A DNA stretch of 64,000 bases from an uncultured bacterium. Its GTDB lineage: Bacteria > Eisenbacteria > RBG-16-71-46 > CAIMUX01. The stretch lies in assembly GCA_964636385.1 (NCBI GenBank), contig CAZWSC010000096.1:131593-195592 (forward strand). The letters are read 5' to 3'. Shown piece by piece: positions 19,063 to 27,278 of the stretch (the first letter of the stretch is position 1; the number at the start of each line of letters is the position of its first letter). The notes below the pieces were generated by a model that was not told the DNA's origin, searched no databases, and saw only the letters and a list, made by a program, of their open reading frames with translations. The translations under genes and the position numbers were made by a program.

Positions 19063-19800
19063 CTACCAGGTAATCATCTCCAGGAAGCCCCGCAACTGGG
19101 ACATGGTCCGGAACTTACCCAGGATGAGGCCCTGCTTCAATCCACAGCAGATCTCCTTCACGACCCGTGGCTGACGTGAGTAGTGCCCGGCTCCTCCCAG
19201 CACCTGATAGAAGACGTGGATGGCGTTGATGATGTCGGACTGACGGTTCTCGACCAGGGTCCCCTCCCAGCTGTATGGATCCAGGATCTTGATGTCGAAT
19301 CCCAGGCCAAAGCGCAGGACGATGACATTCTCCAGGTGCACATCGCCATGATACTCGTTCATCAGGTGAATGGGCTCCAGGCCCACCACGAGCGCGTGGA
19401 GCAGGTGCAGCGCTTCGAATGTGCGAAGCCGGTTCTTGGGAAATCGTTTCAGGAACTCGGGGAGCATCTCCCCCTCCACGAAGTCCGAGATCAGAACCGT
19501 TACCGGCTCCCGCCTGAACTGGATGGTCTCCTCGGCATGGTACTGGATCAGGATTGGGCAGTGGCGCAGCTTGTGCAGCTTCTTCGCGTAGATGATGGAT
19601 CTGCGGTGGCCGACATTGCGCTGCGGGAACAGAAGCTTGGCCGCGCGCTCGATTCCGGACCGCACTTCCACGATCTTGTAGACCTCGCCCTCGTACCCGC
19701 TGCCGAGGCGTGAGACAACCCTGTACTTGCGTGCGATCATGTGGCCCGGCTTGAGGCCGAAGAACTGGACTTTGCTCCTGGCTGGCGCCTTTGCGGGCAT
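19063..19800 (-). CDS. Small atypical protein kinase-fold protein (RIO/Kdo-kinase-like)
   Basis: Gly-rich loop LGSGYEGEVYK, VAIK-like ERAAKLL, catalytic-loop-like YHGDVHLENVIV and DFG-like region. ATG 19800 is preceded by GAGGGAGGG. The ORF-track extension to 19878 is probably not coding. Confidence 0.55.
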   Translation of the reverse strand: MPAKAPARSKVQFFGLKPGHMIARKYRVVSRLGSGYEGEVYKIVEVRSGIERAAKLLFPQRNVGHRRSIIYAKKLHKLRHCPILIQYHAEETIQFRREPVTVLISDFVEGEMLPEFLKRFPKNRLRTFEALHLLHALVVGLEPIHLMNEYHGDVHLENVIVLRFGLGFDIKILDPYSWEGTLVENRQSDIINAIHVFYQVLGGAGHYSRQPRVVKEICCGLKQGLILGKFRTMSQLRGFLEMITW

Positions 19801-19927
19801 TGTACCCTCCCTCTTCACGGCGGCTCCCCATGGACTCGGGGGCCGGTCTGGGTCGCGGAAAACAGGATAGCAGCCCAAAGTCTCCGCTGGTATCCTCCGG
19901 CGGTGTGAAACCGCAAATGGAGGTGCG

Positions 19928-20533
19928 ATGGGCTCCGTCCGGCTGATTCTGGCATCCTCCTCTCCCTATCGCCGGGAGCTCCTCCGGCGGCTTCGGACCC
20001 CGTTCGAAGCGGTGGATCCCGAATTCGTGGAGATCCCCCCCCCGCCGGAGCCGGCATCTGCGGCCGATGTCCAGAACGTTGTCCTCGAGAACGCCCGGGG
20101 CAAGGCAGGATCCCTGAGAGGCAGGTTCCCGGGGAGCCTGATCCTGGCCTCTGACCAGCTCGGGGAGTGCGAGGGGCGCGTGCTCAGCAAGCCGGGGACC
20201 AGGGAACGGGCTGTGGAACAGCTTGGCTTTCTCTCAGGCAGGGAACACAGGCTGCACGGAGGGATCATCCTGCTGGATACTGTTTCCGGCAGGGAGTGGG
20301 CGGAGGTGACTGTGAGCCGAATGCGAATGCGGAGGCTCAGCCCGGGACAGATCCGGCGGTACGTGGAGCTGGATGATCCCGTCCATTGCGCGGGGAGCTA
20401 CAAGTCGGAGTGCCTGGGGGTGGCTCTCTTTGAGTCTATGAAGGGAGATGATCCCACCGCCATAGTCGGGCTCTCGTTGTCGGCCACGTGCCGGCTCCTC
20501 CTGGAAGCAGGTCTGGATGTGCTGGAACCATGA
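19928..20533 (+). CDS. maf: Maf-like nucleoside triphosphate pyrophosphatase (septum formation protein)
   Basis: LILASSSPYRRELLRRL...FEAV N-terminal signature and SDQ motif. Typical 200-aa length. Confidence 0.88.
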   Translation: MGSVRLILASSSPYRRELLRRLRTPFEAVDPEFVEIPPPPEPASAADVQNVVLENARGKAGSLRGRFPGSLILASDQLGECEGRVLSKPGTRERAVEQLGFLSGREHRLHGGIILLDTVSGREWAEVTVSRMRMRRLSPGQIRRYVELDDPVHCAGSYKSECLGVALFESMKGDDPTAIVGLSLSATCRLLLEAGLDVLEP

Positions 20534-20551
20534 CAGTGTGAGGTCGTCCGT

Positions 20552-21667
20552 ATGAGCCGTCTGCAGTGCGATGACGCAGGGTTCTGCCGGAAGGTGCTTC
20601 CGGAGGTTTCGCGCACCTTCGCCCTGACTATACGGATACTGCCGCCGCGTCTGAGGGAGTCGGTCACCATCGCATATCTCCTCTGCCGTATTGCCGATGT
20701 CCTCGAGGATGCCACCGGCCTGGATGCCTCCCTGCGGATCGCCGGTCTGGAGTCCTTTGCCGGCGCCCTGGCGGATCCCCGCGCGTCGGCCGAAGAGCTC
20801 TCGGATAGCCTGGATCCGGCGGATCGGCTGCCCCTTCAGGACCCCTGCTCGCTGCGCCTGCTGAGGGGACGCCTGGCGGTTCTGCGGTCGTACTCCGGGC
20901 TTCCACAGGCCGAACGCGATGTGCTTTCGCGCTGGATCCAGGCGATGGCACTCGGGATGTCGACCTTCGTCGATCGGGAACGGCGTTTCATGGCGGCCGG
21001 GCATTCATTCGGATCCGGTGATGTCCTGAAACGACCGGCGGATCAGGTTCCCTATGTGCTGGAGACCCGGGACGAGCTTCGGGCCTACGCGTACTATGTC
21101 GCCGGGACGGTGGGGCATCTTCTGACCGAGCTGTTCACGCTCCATCTTGGGCCGAAGGCGCCTCCTCCCGGGAGGCTTCGGGATCTGGCGGAGCCGTTCG
21201 GGCTGGGACTGCAGTTCACGAACATCATCCAGGACATGGCGGAGGACCGCAGGCGCGGATGGAGCTATGTCCCCGAGGAGATCGCCAGATTCCACGGCAC
21301 CAGCGTGTGCCGTCTGGATGATCCGGAGGGGATGCCTGCCGCCCTGCGGGTTGTCGGCGACCTCGTGCACGAGGCGGCGGGGTACCTCGACAGGGCGATG
21401 GAGTACACGCTCCTGATGCCGCGGGCCGCGCCCAGGATCCGGCTCTTCTGCCTGTGGCCGACATTCTTCGCACTGCGCACGCTGGTGCGCCTGTGGGGCG
21501 AGGAGCAGGTCGTCAGCGGCGTGGCGAAGGTGAAGATCACCCGCAGGGAAGTCCGAAGGGTGATCGGATCAACCGTCCCGGCAAGCATGTCGGACAGCGT
21601 CCTGAAGAGGCTGTACAGGGCGGAACGCGAGCGGCTGCGCAGGCGGATCGAGCTGGCGCCGGTGTAG
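20552..21667 (+). CDS. sqs: Squalene synthase (farnesyl-diphosphate farnesyltransferase, eukaryote/FDFT1-type)
   Basis: VSRTFALTIRILPPRLRESVTIAYLLCRIADVLED parallels eukaryotic SQS ([35 protein letters not shown]). Second Asp-rich region YYVAGTVGHLLTELF and GLGLQFTNIIQDMAED (compare MGLFLQKTNIIRDYLED). Confidence 0.82.
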   Translation: MSRLQCDDAGFCRKVLPEVSRTFALTIRILPPRLRESVTIAYLLCRIADVLEDATGLDASLRIAGLESFAGALADPRASAEELSDSLDPADRLPLQDPCSLRLLRGRLAVLRSYSGLPQAERDVLSRWIQAMALGMSTFVDRERRFMAAGHSFGSGDVLKRPADQVPYVLETRDELRAYAYYVAGTVGHLLTELFTLHLGPKAPPPGRLRDLAEPFGLGLQFTNIIQDMAEDRRRGWSYVPEEIARFHGTSVCRLDDPEGMPAALRVVGDLVHEAAGYLDRAMEYTLLMPRAAPRIRLFCLWPTFFALRTLVRLWGEEQVVSGVAKVKITRREVRRVIGSTVPASMSDSVLKRLYRAERERLRRRIELAPV

Positions 21668-21753
21668 AAGCTGCGGCGGATCCGTATCCGGCCGGGAAAC
21701 GCCCGATCCGGCGGGATGAGCCTTGCCGGAGGTCGCCAGGCAGGAACGCCGCG

Positions 21754-22641
21754 TCAGCTCCTGCCCAGAAGGGCCAGGATCTCCGTTGCGGTGTCCTCCA
21801 CCGCCTTGTGCGTCACCTCCACCTGTGTCCACTGGGTCTTCGCGCAGACGTGACGGAACCAGCGAAGCTCCTCCCGGATGTGCAGCATGTCGGCGTAGAC
21901 GATCTCCCAGTCAGGCGCCATCCTGCGGCTTCGCTGTTCGCGGACCCCGTGCAGCCACTCCGGGTGGGCGGTGAGGGCGAACACGCGGGAAGGATCCAGC
22001 TTGTACAACTCGGGGGGTGGGTCGATGTCCAGGACTATCGGCACGTTGGCGACGCGCCAGCCCCGGTAGGCAAGGAGCATCGAAAGCGGGGTCTTCGAGC
22101 TGCGGGAGACGCCGACCAGCACGAGGTCGGCCATGTCCACCTCGTGGATCCTGCTGCCGTCGTCGTGCTTCACCGCGAAATCCACCGCGGCTATGCGCTG
22201 GAAGTACTCCTCGTCGATCTGGCGGAACAGCCCGGCCTGTGCGCGTGGTGACTCACCCAGCACGTCCGACAGGCGCAGCAGGATCCTTCCGAGTATGTCG
22301 ATCACCGAGACATCCCTGCGGCGGGCCTGCCGGATCAGGTGCCTGCGGTGCTCGACCGCAACGAGGCTGAAGAGAATCGTGGCGCCGCTGCGCGAAGCCT
22401 CCTCGACGACCTGCTCAATCATGGCGGTGCTTCTTACGTCGGGGACGCGCCGAACGGTGACGGAGTCAGGGTCGAACTGCGTCATCGCGGCCTGTACCAC
22501 CCGTTCGCCCGTCACGCCGGTTCCATCGGAGACTACGAGTACCTGGTGCGGGCGGTGCTGTGAATCCGGCGGGTCGTACATGTCGGGGTTCTCCCTTCGT
22601 TGCAGCCTGGTTCGCATGCGCCGCCGCGGCTGCAGGGTCAC
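21754..22641 (-). CDS. ppsR: PEP synthetase/PPDK regulatory protein-like bifunctional kinase-pyrophosphorylase (DUF299)
   Basis: VLVVSDGTGVTGE N-terminal motif and P-loop LVGVSRSSKTPLS. GTG start overlaps the trkH stop (GTGA). Alternative ATG at 22581. Confidence 0.82.
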   Translation of the reverse strand: MTLQPRRRMRTRLQRRENPDMYDPPDSQHRPHQVLVVSDGTGVTGERVVQAAMTQFDPDSVTVRRVPDVRSTAMIEQVVEEASRSGATILFSLVAVEHRRHLIRQARRRDVSVIDILGRILLRLSDVLGESPRAQAGLFRQIDEEYFQRIAAVDFAVKHDDGSRIHEVDMADLVLVGVSRSSKTPLSMLLAYRGWRVANVPIVLDIDPPPELYKLDPSRVFALTAHPEWLHGVREQRSRRMAPDWEIVYADMLHIREELRWFRHVCAKTQWTQVEVTHKAVEDTATEILALLGRS

Positions 22642-24098
22642 TTGCGCCAGTACGACGGCGCGAAAAGAACAAGCACCGTGAAAACCTCAAGCCGGCCCAG
22701 AAGCATGAAGAAGGCAAGCATCCACTTGGCGGCCGACGGCAGATGTGCGTAGTTGTCGGCAGGTCCGACGGAGCCCAGGCCCGGTCCGATGTTCCCGATG
22801 CAGGCTGCAACGGCTCCGAACGAGGTCAGAAGGTCGATCCCCGTGATCGTGAGGAAGATGACCCCTGCGACGAAGAGCATCACCAGAAGAACGAAGAACC
22901 CCACGACATTCTGCGCCACATCCCTCGGTATCACCATTGAGCCGACGCGGACCGGGATCACGCCGCTCGGGTGGATCAGTCGCTTGAACTCCACCCTGAC
23001 GAACTGGATCAGGATGAAGAGGCGGATCACCTTCATGCCGCCGGCCGTGCTTCCCGCGCAGCCCCCGATGAACATGAAGCAGAACAGGAGAAACTGCGAC
23101 GTCAGAGACCACTGCCCGTAGTCGGCTGTTGCGAAGCCCGTTGTGGTCAGGATCGAGACGGACTGGAAGAGCGACTGCCTGAATGCCGGTTCCGGGAGGT
23201 GAACGTGATTCAGGAACACGTCGAACCCCAGGAGGATTGCTCCGCCGGCGCCCAGGGCGAAGAAGAGGCGCACCTCCCTGCTCTCCCAGTAGGGCCTGGC
23301 GCTGCCGCGCAGGAGCCTGTAGTGGAGGCTGAAGCTCAGCCCGGCGGAAAGCATGAAGAAGATGATCACATACTGGATGAAGGGGCTCTCGAAGGCCCCG
23401 ATGCTGGCGTTGTACGTCGAGAATCCGCCCGTGGGCATCGTGGAGAAGGTGTGGCACAGGGATTCGAAGAGGCTCATCCCGCCAAGCATCAGAAGCACCA
23501 CCTGCAGGGCGGAGAAGATTACGTAGACGCCCCACAGAAGCTTCGCAGTCTCGGTCACCCGCGGGGTCAGCTTGTCGTAGATCGGTCCCGGCACTTCGGC
23601 CTTGAAGAGCTGCATTCCGCCCACACCCAGGTACGGGAGGATGGCCAGTGACAGCACGATGATCCCCATTCCGCCGATCCACTGCGTGAAGCTGCGCCAC
23701 AGCAGGAGACCGTGGGGAAGCGCCTCGACATCGGTCAGGATCGTGGCGCCCGTCGTTGTGAATCCTGACATCGTCTCGAAAAACGCGTCCGTGAAACTGC
23801 CGGCGTGACCCGTGAAGATGAAGGGGAGGCAGCCAAGCAGCGAGAACGACACCCAGCCCAGGCTCACAACGGCGAAGACCTCCCTCGGTCTGAACGCCGT
23901 TACGATGCTCGTTGACCTCCAGGCCAGGATGCCGCACCCGGACGTGATGAGCGCCGACCAGATGAACCCGGCCAGATCGCCCCCTCCGTGACGGATCGCG
24001 AAGGCGATCGGCAGGAGCATCGACACACCCAGGAAGACCAGGAGGAGGCCGAGGATGTGGACGATGTTCTGAACGCGCATCTGCCGGTTCCTTCGCAC
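22638..24098 (-). CDS. trkH: TrkH/KtrB-family potassium transporter subunit
   Basis: About 10-12 TM segments with repeated selectivity-filter-like motifs (SGFTTTGATIL, TTTGFAT). Confidence 0.9.
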   Translation of the reverse strand: MRRNRQMRVQNIVHILGLLLVFLGVSMLLPIAFAIRHGGGDLAGFIWSALITSGCGILAWRSTSIVTAFRPREVFAVVSLGWVSFSLLGCLPFIFTGHAGSFTDAFFETMSGFTTTGATILTDVEALPHGLLLWRSFTQWIGGMGIIVLSLAILPYLGVGGMQLFKAEVPGPIYDKLTPRVTETAKLLWGVYVIFSALQVVLLMLGGMSLFESLCHTFSTMPTGGFSTYNASIGAFESPFIQYVIIFFMLSAGLSFSLHYRLLRGSARPYWESREVRLFFALGAGGAILLGFDVFLNHVHLPEPAFRQSLFQSVSILTTTGFATADYGQWSLTSQFLLFCFMFIGGCAGSTAGGMKVIRLFILIQFVRVEFKRLIHPSGVIPVRVGSMVIPRDVAQNVVGFFVLLVMLFVAGVIFLTITGIDLLTSFGAVAACIGNIGPGLGSVGPADNYAHLPSAAKWMLAFFMLLGRLEVFTVLVLFAPSYWRK

Positions 24099-24110
24099 TC
24101 ACCCCGTCCT

Positions 24111-25448
24111 TCAGAAGAGCCTGTTCACTTCGTCCAGGGCCTTGCTGGTGCAGAAGACGACAACCCGGTCCCCGGGCCGGATCTGGGTGTCGCCCGTGGG
24201 GATGATCACCTCGTCTCCCCGGCGGACCGCTCCGAGGATGGCATTCCGGGGGAATGTGGTGTTCCTGAGCTTGCGCTTCGTGATGGCCGAGTGGTTCCTT
24301 GCCGAGATCTCCACTATCTCGGCAGCGACTCCGGGGATCGTGGCGATGCTTTCCAGCGCTCTCTTCTGTATGAACCTCAGGACGGCGTTGACAGTCAGGA
24401 GCTTCTTGCTGACTACTGCGTCCATCCCGATCGTGTGCGTGATCGGCAGGTACTCGGTCTTGTTCACGAGGGCGATCGTGCGCGGCACCTTGAGGTGCCT
24501 GGCCATCAGGGTGGAGATGATGTTGGCCTCGTTGTCACCCGTGACGGCTATGAAGGCGTCCATGTCGGCAATCCCCTCGAGTGCGAGGAGGTCCATGTCG
24601 GTGCCGTCCCCGCGGATCACAAGGGTGTGTTCGAGGTCGTCTGCGATCCTTTCCGACTTACCGGCGTTGCTCTCGATCAGCTTGAGGTTGTGCGAGCCCT
24701 GAAGCGCCTTTGCTATCATCTGCCCCACGAGTCCACCTCCCAGGATCATGATGTTGTGGAGGGAGATGTTCGCCTTGCCCATTATCCGGACGACGGCTCC
24801 CGAGTCCTCCTTCCTGCACATGATGAAGACCTGGTCGCCGGACGTGAGAATGTCATCTCCCCCGGGGATGAGGGTCCGCTGCCTGCGCATGATCGCAACG
24901 ATCCTTGCGTCAACCCCCTCGAACTGCTGCCACACTTCGCGGAGCGGGCGGCGCAGGATGGGGGAGCCCTGTTCCATCCTGAGCCCGATTAGCTGGATCG
25001 CCCCGCCGGAGAACTCCAGGACATCCGTGGCGCTGCTCTGCCTGATCAGGCGGATGACCGCATCGGCGGTCTCCTTCTCCGGGTGTATGAGCTGGTCGAC
25101 GCCGAGTTCCTCCTTGGTGAGGGGGAATCCGGGCTCGATGAACTCGCTCCTGCGGACGCGCGCGATCTTGTGGGGAATCCCCAGCCTGGCGGCATACCTG
25201 CACGCCAGCAGGTTGACCTCGTCGTTGTTGGTGAGAGCCGCGAAGACCTCCGTTTGCGCGATCCCGGCCTTCTGAAGGATCCGGAAGCTCGAGCCGGAGC
25301 CGCGTACGACGAGGGCATCCAGCTGCTCCTCGGCGAAGTGCGCCCTTTCCGGGTCGCTCTCCACGATTGTGATGTTGTGCTTCTCGGCTGCGAGCTGCCT
25401 GGTCAGGTGGAAGCCGATCTCGCCGGCGCCGACGATCAGGATGTTCAT
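24111..25448 (-). CDS. trkA: TrkA potassium uptake protein (tandem RCK/NAD-binding domains)
   Basis: MNILIVGAGEIGFHLTRQL Rossmann motif, with a second repeat IMILGGGLVGQMIAKAL. 445 aa as for TrkA. Confidence 0.9.
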   Translation of the reverse strand: MNILIVGAGEIGFHLTRQLAAEKHNITIVESDPERAHFAEEQLDALVVRGSGSSFRILQKAGIAQTEVFAALTNNDEVNLLACRYAARLGIPHKIARVRRSEFIEPGFPLTKEELGVDQLIHPEKETADAVIRLIRQSSATDVLEFSGGAIQLIGLRMEQGSPILRRPLREVWQQFEGVDARIVAIMRRQRTLIPGGDDILTSGDQVFIMCRKEDSGAVVRIMGKANISLHNIMILGGGLVGQMIAKALQGSHNLKLIESNAGKSERIADDLEHTLVIRGDGTDMDLLALEGIADMDAFIAVTGDNEANIISTLMARHLKVPRTIALVNKTEYLPITHTIGMDAVVSKKLLTVNAVLRFIQKRALESIATIPGVAAEIVEISARNHSAITKRKLRNTTFPRNAILGAVRRGDEVIIPTGDTQIRPGDRVVVFCTSKALDEVNRLF

Positions 25449-25465
25449 CCCGGCCCCTTCCGTCG

Positions 25466-26224
25466 TCAGCCGCGCAGCCGGCGGTGCGTTTCCCAGAGCC
25501 GGCCGCAGACCTCCTCGAGATGCCTCCCCAGGGCCTCCGGGTTGTCGGTCTTCTCCGGTTCGTTGTCGAACACCGCGTAAGGAACGCTGATACCGCGGGC
25601 ATAGAGCATGTCGGGGTCGGCGGATGAGAACTCATCCCAGTCGGAGGCCTTGTACAGCATCTCCATCTTTGTATCCTCCAGCGAGTGCTCCAGGATGCTG
25701 TCGGGCCTGTCCGGATTTCTGCGGCGGCGGTTCTTCCTGAGTGACTCGGGCCAGCTGACCTTGATGTAGATGGTGCCGGCGAGCTTCAGGACCTCCTCCG
25801 ACAGATGGGAGTAGGCGCCCCGGAACCCGCCGTGCTCGGAACCGCGGGCGAACTCGAAGATCGCCGTAGTCGACTTGTGATAGTCGGGCACATCGCGAAG
25901 ACGGCGGGAGTAGTTCAGGTTGAGCTTCTCGATCAGGAAGTCCCAGAAGAAGCGGTCCTTGAAGACATAGCCGTCGTAGGTCTGCCCCTGGTAGGTGAAA
26001 GTCCTGTTCGATATCAGGCGGGCCTTCCCGTGGCGCTCGTAGATGTCGTCATCCTCGAAACGTTCCCAGAGAATGGGGAAGTCGTCGAACTCCTCGAACT
26101 CCCCGATGTGGAACCGGCGGATCCGATCCTTCAGGGGCACCTTCCTGAGGTAGTCGATGATCTCCGATTTGCCGGCAGCGGGCCGGCCGTTGAGGATCAC
26201 AATGTCGAAAATGTTGCCTGCCAT
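25466..26224 (-). CDS. P-loop NTPase/kinase-like protein of unknown family
   Basis: ATG 26224 (MAGNIFDIVILNGRPAAGKSEII...) carries a Walker A motif and is preceded by AGGA. The upstream ORF extension to 26404 is Arg/Gly-rich and not protein-like. Sits immediately upstream of trkA on the same strand. Confidence 0.5.
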   Translation of the reverse strand: MAGNIFDIVILNGRPAAGKSEIIDYLRKVPLKDRIRRFHIGEFEEFDDFPILWERFEDDDIYERHGKARLISNRTFTYQGQTYDGYVFKDRFFWDFLIEKLNLNYSRRLRDVPDYHKSTTAIFEFARGSEHGGFRGAYSHLSEEVLKLAGTIYIKVSWPESLRKNRRRRNPDRPDSILEHSLEDTKMEMLYKASDWDEFSSADPDMLYARGISVPYAVFDNEPEKTDNPEALGRHLEEVCGRLWETHRRLRG

Positions 26225-26292
26225 CTGGGTGTGTCCTTTCTCTCGTCCGCGTTCATCAGGCCTGAGAACCGGCAGTGGCCGCCTCCTCCGTC

Positions 26293-27042
26293 CTACAGCC
26301 CCCCGCCCACGGTCACGGGTACTCTGAGGTCCCTGGCCAGGGTCGCCTCGATCCCCTGGCCTGCCTCCAGGACGATGTCGTTCCCCCTCGTGGCAACGGC
26401 CCACGCGCCTCCTGCGGCTCCGCCTGCGGCCCCGCCCTTGACCGCACCGTCCCTTCCGCCCAGCACTCCTCCGATAACAGCTCCGCCTACTGCGCTGCCG
26501 ACAACCTTCTCAACATCGCCACGGGCCGTCGACTCTCCCTCGAGCACGAGCGGTTCGGTGAAGATGCGGTAGCTCCTTCCATCCGGAGTTGTGAGCTGCC
26601 CGAACTCCAGGGTCATCTCTGCCTTCCCGCCGACCCGGGCGGCGGGCTTTGAGAGGACTACCTCCCCTTCCAGGACGCACCCCGCCGGAAGCGCCTGACC
26701 CGTCTTCATCATCAGGGGCTCGCGCATTGTGGCGGTGAACTTGTGGCCTGCCTTGTGGGTCTCGGTCGAAAGCTCGGAGTCGAGATGGGCGGTCAGGCCC
26801 ACCCCCTTGACGATGGGCATCATCCGGACTTCCGGTTCGGCCGGCATCTCCTCACGCTCTGCCCTGGCCGGCTGGGAAAGGTCGGCTTCCGGCTCCTGTC
26901 CTTCCTCGACAGCTTCCGCGGGCGGAGGCGTCCCTTCGGCCTCCGCTCTTCCCGCTGGTTCCGCCTGCTTCTGAGCGTCGTCGTCGGCGCAGCCGGCAAG
27001 AGCCAGCGCGAAGAACAGCACCAGGATCATAAGACTACGCAT
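26293..27042 (-). CDS. Lipoprotein with C-terminal glycine-zipper segment, hypothetical
   Basis: RBS AAGGAGGGAAC then ATG. Lipobox ALALAGC. C-terminal GSAVGGAVIGGVLGG...GGAAGGAAGG glycine zipper. Confidence 0.5.
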   Translation of the reverse strand: MRSLMILVLFFALALAGCADDDAQKQAEPAGRAEAEGTPPPAEAVEEGQEPEADLSQPARAEREEMPAEPEVRMMPIVKGVGLTAHLDSELSTETHKAGHKFTATMREPLMMKTGQALPAGCVLEGEVVLSKPAARVGGKAEMTLEFGQLTTPDGRSYRIFTEPLVLEGESTARGDVEKVVGSAVGGAVIGGVLGGRDGAVKGGAAGGAAGGAWAVATRGNDIVLEAGQGIEATLARDLRVPVTVGGGL

Positions 27043-27278
27043 GGTTCCCTCCTTGTTGTGTGCACGAGAATCTCCGAGGAATCACCGGCCTGCCGCCGGT
27101 GCGCGATAACCTGCGCCGTGCCCTCGTGCGCAGCACAGTGTATCCTGTCTGAACGCCGGGTCCATAGCGAATCGGGCCTGCGGGAGTTCGCGGTGGCAGG
27201 ACAGGGGGAAGCCATCCACAGCCTGCTGCTGCCGCCTTTTCCGTGGATAGCGGCCGAAGAGGTCGCTCTCAGGGGAGA

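Noticed and set aside
20234-22251. Several 250-300-aa ORFs antisense to the squalene synthase and ppsR-like genes
   Set aside because: Shadow ORFs opposite genes with clear family signatures.
22687-24102. 471-aa ORF in an alternative minus-strand frame overlapping trkH
   Set aside because: Same strand but wrong frame relative to TrkH, whose TM/selectivity-filter motifs are only in the 22638..24098 frame. Product is Arg/Pro/Gly-rich.
27043-27242. Possible c-di-AMP (ydaO) riboswitch upstream of the K+ transport cluster
   Set aside because: Inspected the 200-nt leader of the lipoprotein gene and the 68-nt gap before the P-loop gene. I could not recognise the ydaO consensus by eye. Left as a suggestion for an Infernal scan rather than a call.
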